A stretch of 63,902 nucleotides of DNA, the filler included. It is 8 parts of 8 records of this genome, joined end to end, with 100 filler letters (N's around TTAATTAATTAA, not from the genome) between each part and the next. Parts side by side here need not be neighbours in the genome. Positions count along the whole stretch, not along the records: positions 1 to 7,063 come from SRR31147125_7288; positions 7,164 to 12,903 come from SRR31147125_7304; 6 more parts are not named here. One strand, written 5' to 3'. A model generated the notes under the pieces. It saw only the letters and a program-made list of their open reading frames with translations. It ran no database searches and was not told the DNA's origin. The position numbers and the translations under genes were made by a program. The stretch's first letter is position 1, and each line of letters opens with the position of its first letter. Of the stretch, positions 1 through 10,349 are shown in pieces.

Positions 1-1
1 A

Positions 2-700
2 AAAATAAATAATTTACATGTACATTATGGAAATATCCACGCAATTAAAGGTATGGATGTTGAGATTAATGAAGGTGAAATTATAAGTCTAATTGGTGCA
101 AATGGTGCTGGTAAAACTTCAACTCTTCATGCAATCTCAAAATTGATTTCTCCTTCTGATGGTTCAATTGAATTTTTAGGGGAAAATATTACTGGTAAAA
201 ATGCTACTGAGATAGTTAAAATGGGACTTATTCAAGTACCCGAAGGTAGAAGAGTATTTGCTAATATGACAGTTATGGAGAACCTAGAATTAGGAGCTTA
301 TTTAAGAACTGACAAAAAGCAGGTGGCAGAAGATTTAGAAAAAATCTTTAATAGATTCCCTAGATTATATGAGAGAAGAGCCCAATTATCCGGTACACTA
401 AGTGGAGGAGAGCAACAAATGCTAGCAATGGGTAGAGCATTGATGGCAGCTCCAAAATTACTTTTACTTGATGAACCTTCAATGGGATTAGCTCCTTTAT
501 TAATCAAAGAGGTCTTTGAAATTGTTAAAGAAATCAATAAAGATTTAGGAATAACAGTTTTATTAGTTGAGCAAAATGCAAATATGGCTCTTAAGATTTC
601 TGATAGGGCTTATGTAATTGAGACTGGTAAAGTAATCATGAAAGGAAATTCAAAAGATATCCTTGAAGATGACGCTGTTAGAGAGGCTTACTTAGGATAA
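2..700 (+). CDS. livF: Branched-chain amino acid ABC transporter ATP-binding protein (5' truncated by window edge)
   Basis: Walker A GANGAGKT, VPEGRRVF, LSGGEQQMLAMGRALM, LLLDEPSMGLAP, C-terminal VREAYLG. Frame is open upstream of the ATG at 53 (KINNLHVHYGNIHAIKG). Confidence 0.93.
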   Translation, partial: KINNLHVHYGNIHAIKGMDVEINEGEIISLIGANGAGKTSTLHAISKLISPSDGSIEFLGENITGKNATEIVKMGLIQVPEGRRVFANMTVMENLELGAYLRTDKKQVAEDLEKIFNRFPRLYERRAQLSGTLSGGEQQMLAMGRALMAAPKLLLLDEPSMGLAPLLIKEVFEIVKEINKDLGITVLLVEQNANMALKISDRAYVIETGKVIMKGNSKDILEDDAVREAYLG

Positions 701-736
701 CAATATCCTAAAATATAAATCATGTTAATAATTAGT

Positions 737-775
737 AAAGAGTTAGTAGAAAACATTTCTACTAACTCTTTTTTC
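737..775 (+). terminator. Rho-independent terminator after livF
   Basis: Perfect 16-bp stem AAAGAGTTAGTAGAAA (737-752) / TTTCTACTAACTCTTT (756-771) ending in a T run. Confidence 0.85.
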
Positions 776-878
776 TTTGAGAAATCCATATTAATTGATA
801 TAATATACTTAGTTTATTTTTTATATAGAATTAATACTGAAGAAAAATAGAGTCTTATTTGTAAAAGAAAGGATAGTT

Positions 879-1604
879 ATGAAGTATAAAGTAGATATAC
901 ATGTTCATTCAAATGCATCTTCACATGCATATAGTACATTAGAGGAATTGGTTGCAGCTGCTAAAAGGAAAGATTTAGCTGCTTTTGCCTTAACTAATCA
1001 CGGCCCATCAATGCCTGATTCACCTCATGCATATCATTTCGGAAATATGAAAGTATTACCTGATTTTATTGATGGCGTAAGGGTCTTTAGGGGTATTGAA
1101 GCAAATATTATTAACGAAGATGGAGAAATAGATTTTCCTCCTGTTTATGATGATTATTTAGAAATCATCCTTGCTAGTTTTCATAATCAAACACCATATG
1201 GTGAAGGTGATGATGTAACGAAGAATACTAATGCAGTGGTTAACTGTATCAAAAAAGGTTATGTCGATATATTGACACATATGGGAAATCCGCAATTTAA
1301 AATAGAGTATAAACCAGTCGTTGAAGTAGCATCAAAATACAAAGTAGCCATTGAACTAAATAATAGTTCATTTATTAAAAGTAGACCAGGCTCTATAAAT
1401 AACTGTAAAACATTAATGGTATTATGCAAAGAGTATAATTGTCCAATAGCTCTTGGAAGTGACACTCATTTCTCCAGTAATATTGGAAATTTATCTAGTG
1501 CGGCAGAAATTATAAAAGAATTAAATATACCCGATAGTTTAATAATAAATACAACTATTGATAAATTAGAAGAATTTTTAAAAGGTCGAAGAGCTAATAG
1601 ATAG
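879..1604 (+). CDS. ycdX: PHP-domain phosphatase (YcdX-like)
   Basis: DIHVHS..S.HAYST, TNHGP, GIEANI, HMGNP, ELNNSS and GSDTH metal-binding motifs. Confidence 0.85.
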   Translation: MKYKVDIHVHSNASSHAYSTLEELVAAAKRKDLAAFALTNHGPSMPDSPHAYHFGNMKVLPDFIDGVRVFRGIEANIINEDGEIDFPPVYDDYLEIILASFHNQTPYGEGDDVTKNTNAVVNCIKKGYVDILTHMGNPQFKIEYKPVVEVASKYKVAIELNNSSFIKSRPGSINNCKTLMVLCKEYNCPIALGSDTHFSSNIGNLSSAAEIIKELNIPDSLIINTTIDKLEEFLKGRRANR

Positions 1605-1626
1605 CATCTTCGACCTTTATTTTTTT
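1581..1626. terminator. Hairpin terminator between the convergent PHP and ferritin genes
   Basis: AAAGGTCGAAGA (1581-1592) / TCTTCGACCTTT (1607-1618), followed by a T tract. Confidence 0.7.
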
Positions 1627-1627
1627 A

Positions 1628-2137
1628 TTAACTATATTTTTCTACATTTTTATATAATAACTCCAAATCTTCAAGCAAAGCTTGTAAATCTTCTTCATGC
1701 TCAATTTCCTGTTCTAATATAGTTAGAACTAAATTATAAGTAACAGGATCTTTGTCTTTAGTTAAATCGAGCAACTTTTTATATACGCTAATCGCGCATT
1801 GCTCACCTTTTATATTTTGCCGAAGTATTTCAATAACAAAAGCATCATCAGGAGCATCATATCCACAATTAGTTAAGTTAAACCATTCCTTTGGATCTAA
1901 AATTGGTTCTCCACCTAATTGAAGAATTCTATTGGCTACCATTTCCGCATGACTTAATTCCTCCGTTGCATGTTGAACCAGTTCAGCAATAACTTCATCT
2001 TTCGTAGGCCCTTTCACAACTTTTGCTCCTACCCAATATTGATAATATGCTAACCATTCATCTGCCAAGGCTTTTCTCAATAATCCAATCAGTTCATTAA
2101 CATCTAAGTCAATTATCTCTCTAGCTCTAGTTCCCAT
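1628..2137 (-). CDS. DPS-like (DPSL)/bacterioferritin-related ferritin-fold protein
   Basis: ADEWLAYYQYW, EELSHA, RILQLGGEP, GEQCAI and EQEIEHEED diiron motifs, with the cysteine pair (NCGY, EQCA) typical of DPSL. RBS AGGAGGAG upstream. Confidence 0.85.
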   Translation of the reverse strand: MGTRAREIIDLDVNELIGLLRKALADEWLAYYQYWVGAKVVKGPTKDEVIAELVQHATEELSHAEMVANRILQLGGEPILDPKEWFNLTNCGYDAPDDAFVIEILRQNIKGEQCAISVYKKLLDLTKDKDPVTYNLVLTILEQEIEHEEDLQALLEDLELLYKNVEKYS

Positions 2138-2882
2138 TTTTTCTCCTCCTTATAATGATTAACCTTTTTTAAGTCTACATGATTATTTCATCAAAATCAA
2201 AATTATTTACTTAAATAAAAGTATTAATTTTTTATCCCAAATAAATTTTACCTGAATAATTTTTAGTAAATATTTAAGAACTAAATATAATTTACATTAT
2301 ATTTAGTTTAGAGAAGGTGCAAAATCAGAATAACTTTTATTCCAAATAATTATTATTTTTAAATTTCCACTGCATACTTTAAAAAACCTAGTAAAATCAA
2401 CATTTAAAAATTAGTCTTCCTAGAATTTTAATATTACAAATACAAAATACTAATCAGTAATTATTTTTAACTATAGATTTTGTCGAAATAAATTATTCCG
2501 AGTAATTAATATTTTTACTTTTATTAATTTCAGTTTTAGTAAACACTATAAATATTTATATCGCCTAGCATTACTAAAATCTATTTTTGATTTAAATTCC
2601 GCTTACTTAATTATTAACCAAGCGGAATTTTATTTTTCATTCTTTAATACTTCGCATCTTTCTAACAACAAATTATAGGACTATTAAGCTAAGTTTCTTG
2701 TATACTTTGATATACCTTAATACTTTAAAATATATGCAAATATAACGGGACAAATCGAAAATTTTGTGTTATCATTGCCTGTAATTTTAAATTACTTTGA
2801 AATTTCAGACTGAAATTAGCGAAGATTAATTGTTGATTTTAGTTTAAAATAAAAAATTTAATAATTCACTACAGGAGGAAAA

Positions 2883-3530
2883 ATGTCAATCTCAATCAAT
2901 CATATCATCTTAGAAACCACAACACTGTTAGCAATCATGAATCCATTTGGAAATGTATCATTATTTGTTAGTATGACGGAACATATGGAAGAAGATATGA
3001 GAAAAAAACTATTCAACATCATTGTTTATACAGGATTTTCAATTGTTGTCTTATTTGGTCTAATGGGAGACTTGGTTTTGCACTATCTATTCAAAGTAGA
3101 CATGAGTCATATAAAAGTTGCTGGAGGACTTCTGTTAATAGTTGTGGCAATGAAAAATCTATTAGCACCAAGGAAGAGTAAAAAAAAGACTAATGGAAAT
3201 GCACCTGTAAGAACTGATGAAGAGGAAATCAACAAAGCGATTATTCCTATGGCATTTCCAATTTTAGTAGGACCTGGTTCTATGACGACTATATTAATTA
3301 CTAAAAAAGAGAATGGAATTATCATGGTACTTTTATCTTCTATCACCGCTTTTACAATAATAAAACTGATACTTTCTCACTCTCATATTATTGAGAAGAT
3401 ACTTGGTAAATTAGCCTTGTTTGTATTAGCAAGGGTTATGCAGATATTTATAATGGCAACTGGTGTAAAATTACTAAGTACAGGTGTTATTGAAATATTG
3501 GCAACTATAGCAAATTTAACAACGAGATAA
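2883..3530 (+). CDS. MarC family membrane protein
   Basis: MNPFGN, AGGLLL and IIPMAFPILVGPGSMT signatures; about six hydrophobic segments; RBS AGGAGG. Confidence 0.9.
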   Translation: MSISINHIILETTTLLAIMNPFGNVSLFVSMTEHMEEDMRKKLFNIIVYTGFSIVVLFGLMGDLVLHYLFKVDMSHIKVAGGLLLIVVAMKNLLAPRKSKKKTNGNAPVRTDEEEINKAIIPMAFPILVGPGSMTTILITKKENGIIMVLLSSITAFTIIKLILSHSHIIEKILGKLALFVLARVMQIFIMATGVKLLSTGVIEILATIANLTTR

Positions 3531-3613
3531 TATATTAGTTTTATGAAATTTAATGGTTTAATAGGATTAATATAAGTACAAAAATTTTAAAATCAATAAT
3601 TTAGTATGATACC

Positions 3614-3649
3614 AAAAAAGAGCGATTAAATTATCTAATCGCTCTTTAT
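3614..3649. terminator. Bidirectional terminator between marC and pyc
   Basis: AAAGAGCGATTA (3617-3628) / TAATCGCTCTTT (3636-3647) with A and T flanks. Confidence 0.8.
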
Positions 3650-3655
3650 ACTTAA

Positions 3656-6600
3656 TTAATCAATTTCTAATAACAATTCTCCAGATTTAACTTCCTGCCC
3701 CTCTTTTACGTGGATTGCAGAAACTTTACCAGAAATTTTTGCTGTTATATTTGTTTCCATTTTCATAGCTTCGATTATTATTAAGCTATCATTTTCCTTA
3801 ACTTCGTCCCCTTCGTTAATTAATATCTTAACGATAGTTCCTGGAATACTAGAGCCAACTTCGCTATCATTATCAGGATCAGCTAATTGGATACTATTTT
3901 GAGCTCCAGCTTTTGCAACTGAAGTTTTATCTTTCATTCTAACTTCTCTTCTATTTCCGTTTACTTCAAATGTACATGTTTTAAATCCTTCATCATCTAC
4001 CTCAGAAACTGATTGAAGTTTAACAATTAAAGTTTTACCTTCTTTTAATTTAATCTCACATGTTTCACCTTCGAATAGACCATGGAAATAGATATCACTT
4101 CCAAGTTTTCCTAAATCCCCATTTACCTTAACATACTCAAGGTAATCAATAAATACATCAGGATAAAGAGCATAACTAATTGCATGATAATTTCTGAATC
4201 TCATATTTGGATATTTAGTTTTTAGCATATCCATAATTGCTTCAAAATCTTCATCAGGTAATAATTCTCCTGGTCTACAAGTAATAGGTTCTTCACCTTT
4301 AAGTACAATTTTTTGCAATTCCTCAGGAAATCCACCTTCAGGTTGACCCATCATACCTTTAAAATATGCAACTACTGAATCAGGAAACGCAAAATTAGAT
4401 CCTTTTTCGATGATGTTTTCAGCATTAAGGTTGTTTTGAACCATAAATATAGCCATATCTCCAACCATCTTCGATGATGGCGTTACTTTAACTATATCTC
4501 CTACTAGTTTATTTACTTCCCTAAACATCTCTTTAACTTCGTTAAATCTATGTCCAAGTCCAAAACTTTCTACCTGTGGTTTTAGGTTTGAATATTGCCC
4601 TCCAGGGATTTCATACTTATATATTTCTGTAGAACCTGATTTAAGCCCTGACTCAAATTTTGAATAAACAGGTCTTACTGCAGCCCAATAGTCCGATATC
4701 TTTTGAAGTTCATCAAGGGAAATTGATGTATCACGTTCAGTGTTTTCAAGTGCCGCAACCACTGAGTTAAGTGATGGTGAACTTGTTAAACCTGACATCG
4801 ATGCAAATGCAGTATCCACAATATCCACTCCGGCTTCTGCTGCCATTAATAATGTAGCAACTCCATTTCCTGTCGTGTCATGTGTATGAAGGTGAATTGG
4901 TATCGATATCTCTCTTTTAAGAGCTTTAATTAATCTATATGCTGCATATGGCTTTAATAGAGCTGACATATCTTTTATTCCTAAAATATGTGCTCCAGCT
5001 TTTTCTATTTCAAGTGCTTTATTCACATAATAATCAAGGGTATATTTTGATTTCGATGAATCTAAAATATCACCAGTATAACATAAACATGCTTCTGCTA
5101 TTTTCCCTTGATTTCTTACTTCATCAATTGCAACTTCCATACCTTTTACCCAGTTAAGTGAATCAAAGATTCTAAATACATCAATTCCGTTATTGGCAGA
5201 TTCTTTGATAAACTCTCTTATTACATTATCAGGGTAATTTTTATATCCAACTGCATTTGATCCTCTAATTAACATTTGCATCATAACATTTGGCATTTTT
5301 TCTCTTATTTTTCTAAGTCTTTTCCATGGAATTCTTTTAGGAATCTATATGCCACATCAAATGTAGCACCTCCCCACATCTCAAACGAGAAAAAGTCCTT
5401 ACCAGCATAAGCTGTTTGTGATGCAATTTTTAACATGTCAGTTGTTCTCATTCTAGTTGCTAATAAAGATTGGTGAGCATCTCTCATCGTTGTATCAGTT
5501 AATAATAGTTTATTTTGACTCTTAACCCACTCAACTACACCTTCCGGTCCTTGAGTATCTAATATTTGTTTAGTTCCTTCAAAACTAACTGGTTTAGGGA
5601 ACTTAGGTACAACTGGTACATCAAAATCAGGTTTTACACCATGTGTATCATTAACAACTTTTTCTGAGATGAAATTTAATATATTATACTCAACATCTTT
5701 TTTTGCATTTATTTCAAATAGTTCAGAGTGATCAGCAATAAAGTTAGTAGCACATTCTCCACTTTGGAAAACCGGGTGATTTAGTACATTTACAAGGAAG
5801 TCAATGTTTGTCTTTACTCCAACTATTTGTAACTCTTTAATTGCTCTAAGTGACTTATTAATCGCACCCTGGAAATGGTTTGATGTTGATATTACTTTTA
5901 CAAGTAAACTATCATAATAAGGACTTACTACTGCACCTGCATAAGCATTTCCTCCATCTAAACGAATTCCATTTCCTGAACCTGTTCTATATATATCGAT
6001 CTTACCCGTATCAGGCATGAAGTCATGTGATGGATCTTCAGTTGTAACTCTACATTGAATAGAGAATCCTCTAGCATGGACATCCTCTTGAGAATCAATT
6101 CCAATTTCCGCTGAATCTAATGGAAAACCTTCTGCAACTAATATCTGAGTTTGAACAATATCAATACCAGTTAACTCCTCAGTAATAGTATGCTCAACCT
6201 GAATACGTGGATTCATTTCAATAAAATAGTGATTTCCATGTTTATCAACAAGGAATTCTAATGTTCCAGCATTTCTATAATCTACAGTTCTCGCTATCTT
6301 TAGTGCATCTTCGCAAATAATATTTCTTTCTTCAGGTTTCAATGTCAGTGCTGGTGCAAACTCAATTACCTTTTGGTGCCTTCTTTGTACTGAGCAATCT
6401 CTTTCATACAAATGAACTATATTACCAAATTTATCTCCCACAATTTGAACTTCAATATGTTTAGGATCTTCTAGGTATTTTTCAATAAACATATCGTCAA
6501 TACCAAAGGCTTTTTTTGCTTCACTTTTTGCACTTTTGAACTGAGGTATTAGCTCTTCTTCTGTTCTAACTATCCTCATACCTCTACCACCACCACCGGC

Positions 6601-7063
6601 AGCAGCTTTTAACATAACAGGATAACCACATTCATTTGCGAATTGTCTTGCCTCATCATCTGATTTAACTGGTTTATCAACACCTGGAATTGTAGCAACT
6701 CCAGCTTTTGCAGCAACGATTTTAGACTTGATTTTATCACCAAGCTGTTCCATCATTTCTCCAGTAGGCCCAATAAACTCTATTCCTGCTTCCTCACATT
6801 TACTTGCAAAGTCAGCATTCTCAGATAAAAATCCGTAGCCAGGATGTATTGCATCTACACCTTTTTTTAGCGCTAAACTGATTATTTCATCAATTGCTAA
6901 ATAAGCTTCAATAGGCCCCTTATTTTTTCCAATTAAATAAGCCTCGTCAGCTTTTGTTCTGAACAATGCGTTTTTATCCTCCTCAGAATAAATAGCCACA
7001 CTTCTAATTCCTAATTCCTTACATGCTCTAATAATTCTAACTGCAATTTCCCCCCGGTTTGCA
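3656..7063 (-). CDS. pyc: Pyruvate carboxylase, single-chain; 5' end cut by contig edge; one-base frameshift near 5330 joins ORFs 5305-6999 and 3656-5296
   Basis: Biotin carboxylase domain (ANRGEIA at 7063, HPGYGFLSEN, ERDCSVQRRHQK), carboxyltransferase domain (RDAHQS, WGGATFD, HLHTHDT) and biotinyl EAMKM. Adding one base restores KE(S)PWKRLRKIREKMPN across the break. Confidence 0.93.
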
Positions 7064-7163
7064 NNNNNNNNNNNNNNNNNNNNNNNNNNNNNNNNNNNNN
7101 NNNNNNNTTAATTAATTAANNNNNNNNNNNNNNNNNNNNNNNNNNNNNNNNNNNNNNNNNNNN
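7064..7163. other. Artificial contig spacer 1
   Basis: 44 N + TTAATTAATTAA (stop codons in all six frames) + 44 N. Confidence 0.98.
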
Positions 7164-7401
7164 TTAGGGCGTGAAACAAGAAAGACAGTATGCTGTAAAC
7201 CGGCCGTCTTCTTGTATTGTGATTGGCGAATGGAATCATCCAGTGGATGATAGATCGTAATCCGTATTTGAAGTTCAGATATGGATAAACAACCTTATCC
7301 TTTTTTGCCATTTTTGATATCGTAACCAGTTTATATATAGTTCCGATAAGAAAAACGAGTATGGCTATCCAAACTAAAGGGCCACGTGAAAACTCATACA
7401 T
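7164..7401 (-). CDS. tmcC: TmcC-like membrane subunit (NarI-type cytochrome b family), 3' truncated
   Basis: MYEFSRGPLVWIA...SIIHWMIPF...SFLFH N-terminus; directly downstream of a tmcD-like gene. Confidence 0.72.
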
Positions 7402-7455
7402 CGTTTGCTTTCCTTTCTCGCCGAACAATCGGCAATCAGCAATTCACAGGGACGA

Positions 7456-8706
7456 TCAAAGAGAAATGATTTCTCTGATATACTTTCCGTTTTGAATGTA
7501 TCTAAGTAGAACTTTGCCACTATCCGGACTGAATACCGGGTCCCAGGCTTTGTCGAAGTTATCGCTTATTTTTTTGCCGTTAAGCATATAAAAGTATTTT
7601 TTGCCTTTTTCCGCTTTGGCCATGACGTAATTCCCATCTGGGCTAATTATCGGGTCCCAGACCATCTCGAAGGTATCGCTCCACTGATCTCCATCAACAG
7701 CGATGCCCCACTGGTTGTCCTGTTTTACGATTGCAGCCATTTTATTGCCGTTTTCGGAAAATACTGGTGATATTACCATGTCTTTCCAGGTGGTTTTCCA
7801 CGGTTCGTCGTCTATTACGATGCTCCATTTGCCATATTCCTGAGCAGCTAAAGCAGCCAGGTGAGATCCATCAGGGCTGAATATCTGCCCCCAAAGCTGA
7901 GCATACATTTTATTCCAGAGAAGATTTCCGTTTTCGGCGATAGTCCAGTTTCCCTGAGATCGAACAGGTGCGACCACACTGCTTCCGTCCGGTCTGAAAG
8001 CAGGTTGCCATACACCACCGAATTTGCCTTCCCAAGCCTTGCCATCGATTGCTACTGTGTATTCCACGTTGCCGGTACGGACTTCAGCCGCTACCGAATT
8101 TCCATCAGGGCTGAAAACAGGGTTCCATGATCCGATGAATTTTTCGTCCCAGACCTGTCCATCGACAGCTACAGACCAAACGCCTTCAAAAAAGGTTGAT
8201 ACGTCAGCAGCTTTAAGAGGGTCTGTTTGTACGGTAGAAGCAATGTGTAGACCATCATCGCTGATGGCTGTATGGCGCATTGCGGTAAACCCTTCTTCCG
8301 ACCAGGGCTTTCCATTTAAAGCCATACCGTATTGCATATCTCTTTTGTATGAGAAAGCAAACGCTTCGCCGTTTTTACTGATAATAGGGTTCCATACAAA
8401 CTCGAAAGTTTCTTCTGGTGGAGTTCCGTCAACCGCCATTCCCCATTCATCATCAGTCATGGAAAAAGCCAGAAGTTTGCCATTCGGTAAATACTGAAGT
8501 TTCCAAAGCTTTTCAAAACCTTCACCAAGTTTTTCACCATTTACAATCAAAGAAAATTCATCATTGGCCTTCACTATCATTGCCAGTGATTCCCCGTCAT
8601 CGCTGACGGTCATTTCTTCAATATCCGGTGTTTCTGATTTTATTGCGGAAACATCTACGATTTCTTTTTTTCCGCTATTCCAATCCCAATCTTGTTTGGC
8701 TCCCAT
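7456..8706 (-). CDS. tmcD: TmcD-like tryptophan-rich beta-propeller protein of the Tmc complex
   Basis: N-terminal WDW, repeated W.P.FSPDG..VAA...W..AVDG..W units; adjacent to a tmcC-like gene. Confidence 0.78.
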   Translation of the reverse strand: MGAKQDWDWNSGKKEIVDVSAIKSETPDIEEMTVSDDGESLAMIVKANDEFSLIVNGEKLGEGFEKLWKLQYLPNGKLLAFSMTDDEWGMAVDGTPPEETFEFVWNPIISKNGEAFAFSYKRDMQYGMALNGKPWSEEGFTAMRHTAISDDGLHIASTVQTDPLKAADVSTFFEGVWSVAVDGQVWDEKFIGSWNPVFSPDGNSVAAEVRTGNVEYTVAIDGKAWEGKFGGVWQPAFRPDGSSVVAPVRSQGNWTIAENGNLLWNKMYAQLWGQIFSPDGSHLAALAAQEYGKWSIVIDDEPWKTTWKDMVISPVFSENGNKMAAIVKQDNQWGIAVDGDQWSDTFEMVWDPIISPDGNYVMAKAEKGKKYFYMLNGKKISDNFDKAWDPVFSPDSGKVLLRYIQNGKYIREIISL

Positions 8707-9149
8707 ATGTACTACTCCCGCTCATCGGCTGGATGATAAAGCTATACGAGGTATCCGCTTGAAAAATGGATACAAGTAAGCGTAATCCTTAAAGATTTTA
8801 TGAGGTTAAAAGATTTCGGTGTACAGTTTTTATAACACATAAAAGCACCACGACCTACAATGTTAACCAGTTGAACCTAATATTTCTTACTCAACAGAAT
8901 CGTCAAGCTACTAAACGATAATCGCTTTAATTCGTCCACCACGGTCTAATCGCTCTAGGAATTCGCAGTAACAACTGTCACTTTGATGTAATATTGTTCA
9001 TTATTTACGCAAAACTTTGGTGAAATATCGCAAATATACTTTCACCTGTCAATGAAATAACGATATCACAACATGTTTTTTTGGTTATTAGGAATTCTTA
9101 TTACAACCATGACATGAAGTGGCTGTAGTAAGAATTTTACATGTTTTTG

Positions 9150-10349
9150 TTAAGCTTTCAGTGCTTTAGCTGCCAGACTTACAACTGTAGTTGCGTCCAT
9201 ACCAAGTTCATAATGCTTGGAAAGTTCTCCAAGTTGTCTATGGCATGACAGACATGATGTGGCAACAACTTTTGTTTCTGCTGCTTTCATTTGGTCAGCT
9301 TTGGCTTTACCACTAATCATGCGCTTGTCGAAACTATCACTATCCTGAAGAATTCCACCGCCTCCACCGCAGCACAATGCATTCATTCTGTTCGGTTCAA
9401 GCTCGACTATTTCTTTGCAGCACATCGAAAGCAGCTCTCTTGGTTCATCGAATAAACCGCATTTGCGACCAAGGTTGCAAGGGTCATGATACGCAATAGG
9501 TGTGGAGTTGATTTCCTTGTCGAATGAAATTACTCCTTCTTTGGCTTTTTCGAGAGCCAGTTCGACAGTATTGATAACTCTGAATTTCGGTTTTCTTCCG
9601 ATAAGTTTCTCTGCTAAAAGCTTCAGGACTTTATATCCATGTCCACATTCGGATAAAACCAAAGTATCGATTTCAAGATTTTCAGCAGCATCGATTACCT
9701 GTAATGCCATTTTTGCAGCAACTTCATCATCTCCGACATAGTAGCCCCAGTTTGTGACATCCGAGTTGTCACTACTCATTGTCCACGATTCTTTATAAAG
9801 GTGGAAAAGTTTGGCAATTGCGACAAGGTACATTGGAATCAGACTGATTTCTCTTGGATTCGGAATATACAGATATTTTGATCCTTTTTGATCTATCGGC
9901 AGTTCGGCGTTTTCATCTTCAAGTTCACCTTGAAGTTCTTCGGAAAGCCATTCGAGTGTGTCTACGTAATCTTCCTTGGTTACACCATTTACATTACCGA
10001 CTTCAAGGCGGAGTGGAATACGTTTTTTGTAATCTTCCGGCATTTGCTCTTCAGCTTGTGGAAGTGATCTTGCACGTCTTACAAGCAATTCCATATCGAT
10101 TCCCATTGGACATTCAGCGACGCAACGGTTGCAAATCATGCAACTCCAAAGATCCTCTTTTGCCAATTCATCATCAAGACCAAGTAATGCGAGGCGTACC
10201 ATACGCCTTGGATTGGGGCCACCTTCCTGATCGTACCATGAACATCTTGAAGTGCATATTCCGCAAGTCATGCATGTTTCGTAAGCGGTATTGTCTTTAT
10301 CCAGTATTGAGATGAGTTTGGAATTATTATTAAGAGTCGTGCTAGTCAT
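9150..10349 (-). CDS. HdrD-like Fe-S oxidoreductase (two CxxCxxCxxxC motifs plus CCG domain)
   Basis: CMTCGICTSRC, CMICNRCVAECP, ECGHG, YHDPCN, CCGGGGG, CLSC. Confidence 0.85.
   Translation of the reverse strand: MTSTTLNNNSKLISILDKDNTAYETCMTCGICTSRCSWYDQEGGPNPRRMVRLALLGLDDELAKEDLWSCMICNRCVAECPMGIDMELLVRRARSLPQAEEQMPEDYKKRIPLRLEVGNVNGVTKEDYVDTLEWLSEELQGELEDENAELPIDQKGSKYLYIPNPREISLIPMYLVAIAKLFHLYKESWTMSSDNSDVTNWGYYVGDDEVAAKMALQVIDAAENLEIDTLVLSECGHGYKVLKLLAEKLIGRKPKFRVINTVELALEKAKEGVISFDKEINSTPIAYHDPCNLGRKCGLFDEPRELLSMCCKEIVELEPNRMNALCCGGGGGILQDSDSFDKRMISGKAKADQMKAAETKVVATSCLSCHRQLGELSKHYELGMDATTVVSLAAKALKA

Noticed and set aside
3656-6999. Two-subunit pyruvate carboxylase (PycA/PycB)
   Set aside because: The break falls inside the carboxyltransferase domain, and one added base restores the conserved ESPW.RL sequence.
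7108-7119. TTAATTAATTAA as a biological repeat or CRISPR repeat
   Set aside because: It is always centred in N runs with identical geometry, so it is a synthetic linker. ORF tails ending in X..LIN are artefacts.
8800-9080. Rex operator upstream of tmcD
   Set aside because: Candidates such as TGGTGAAATATCGCAAAT and ATCGT-N11-ACGAT match TTGTGAA-N4-TTCACAA poorly or have the wrong spacing.
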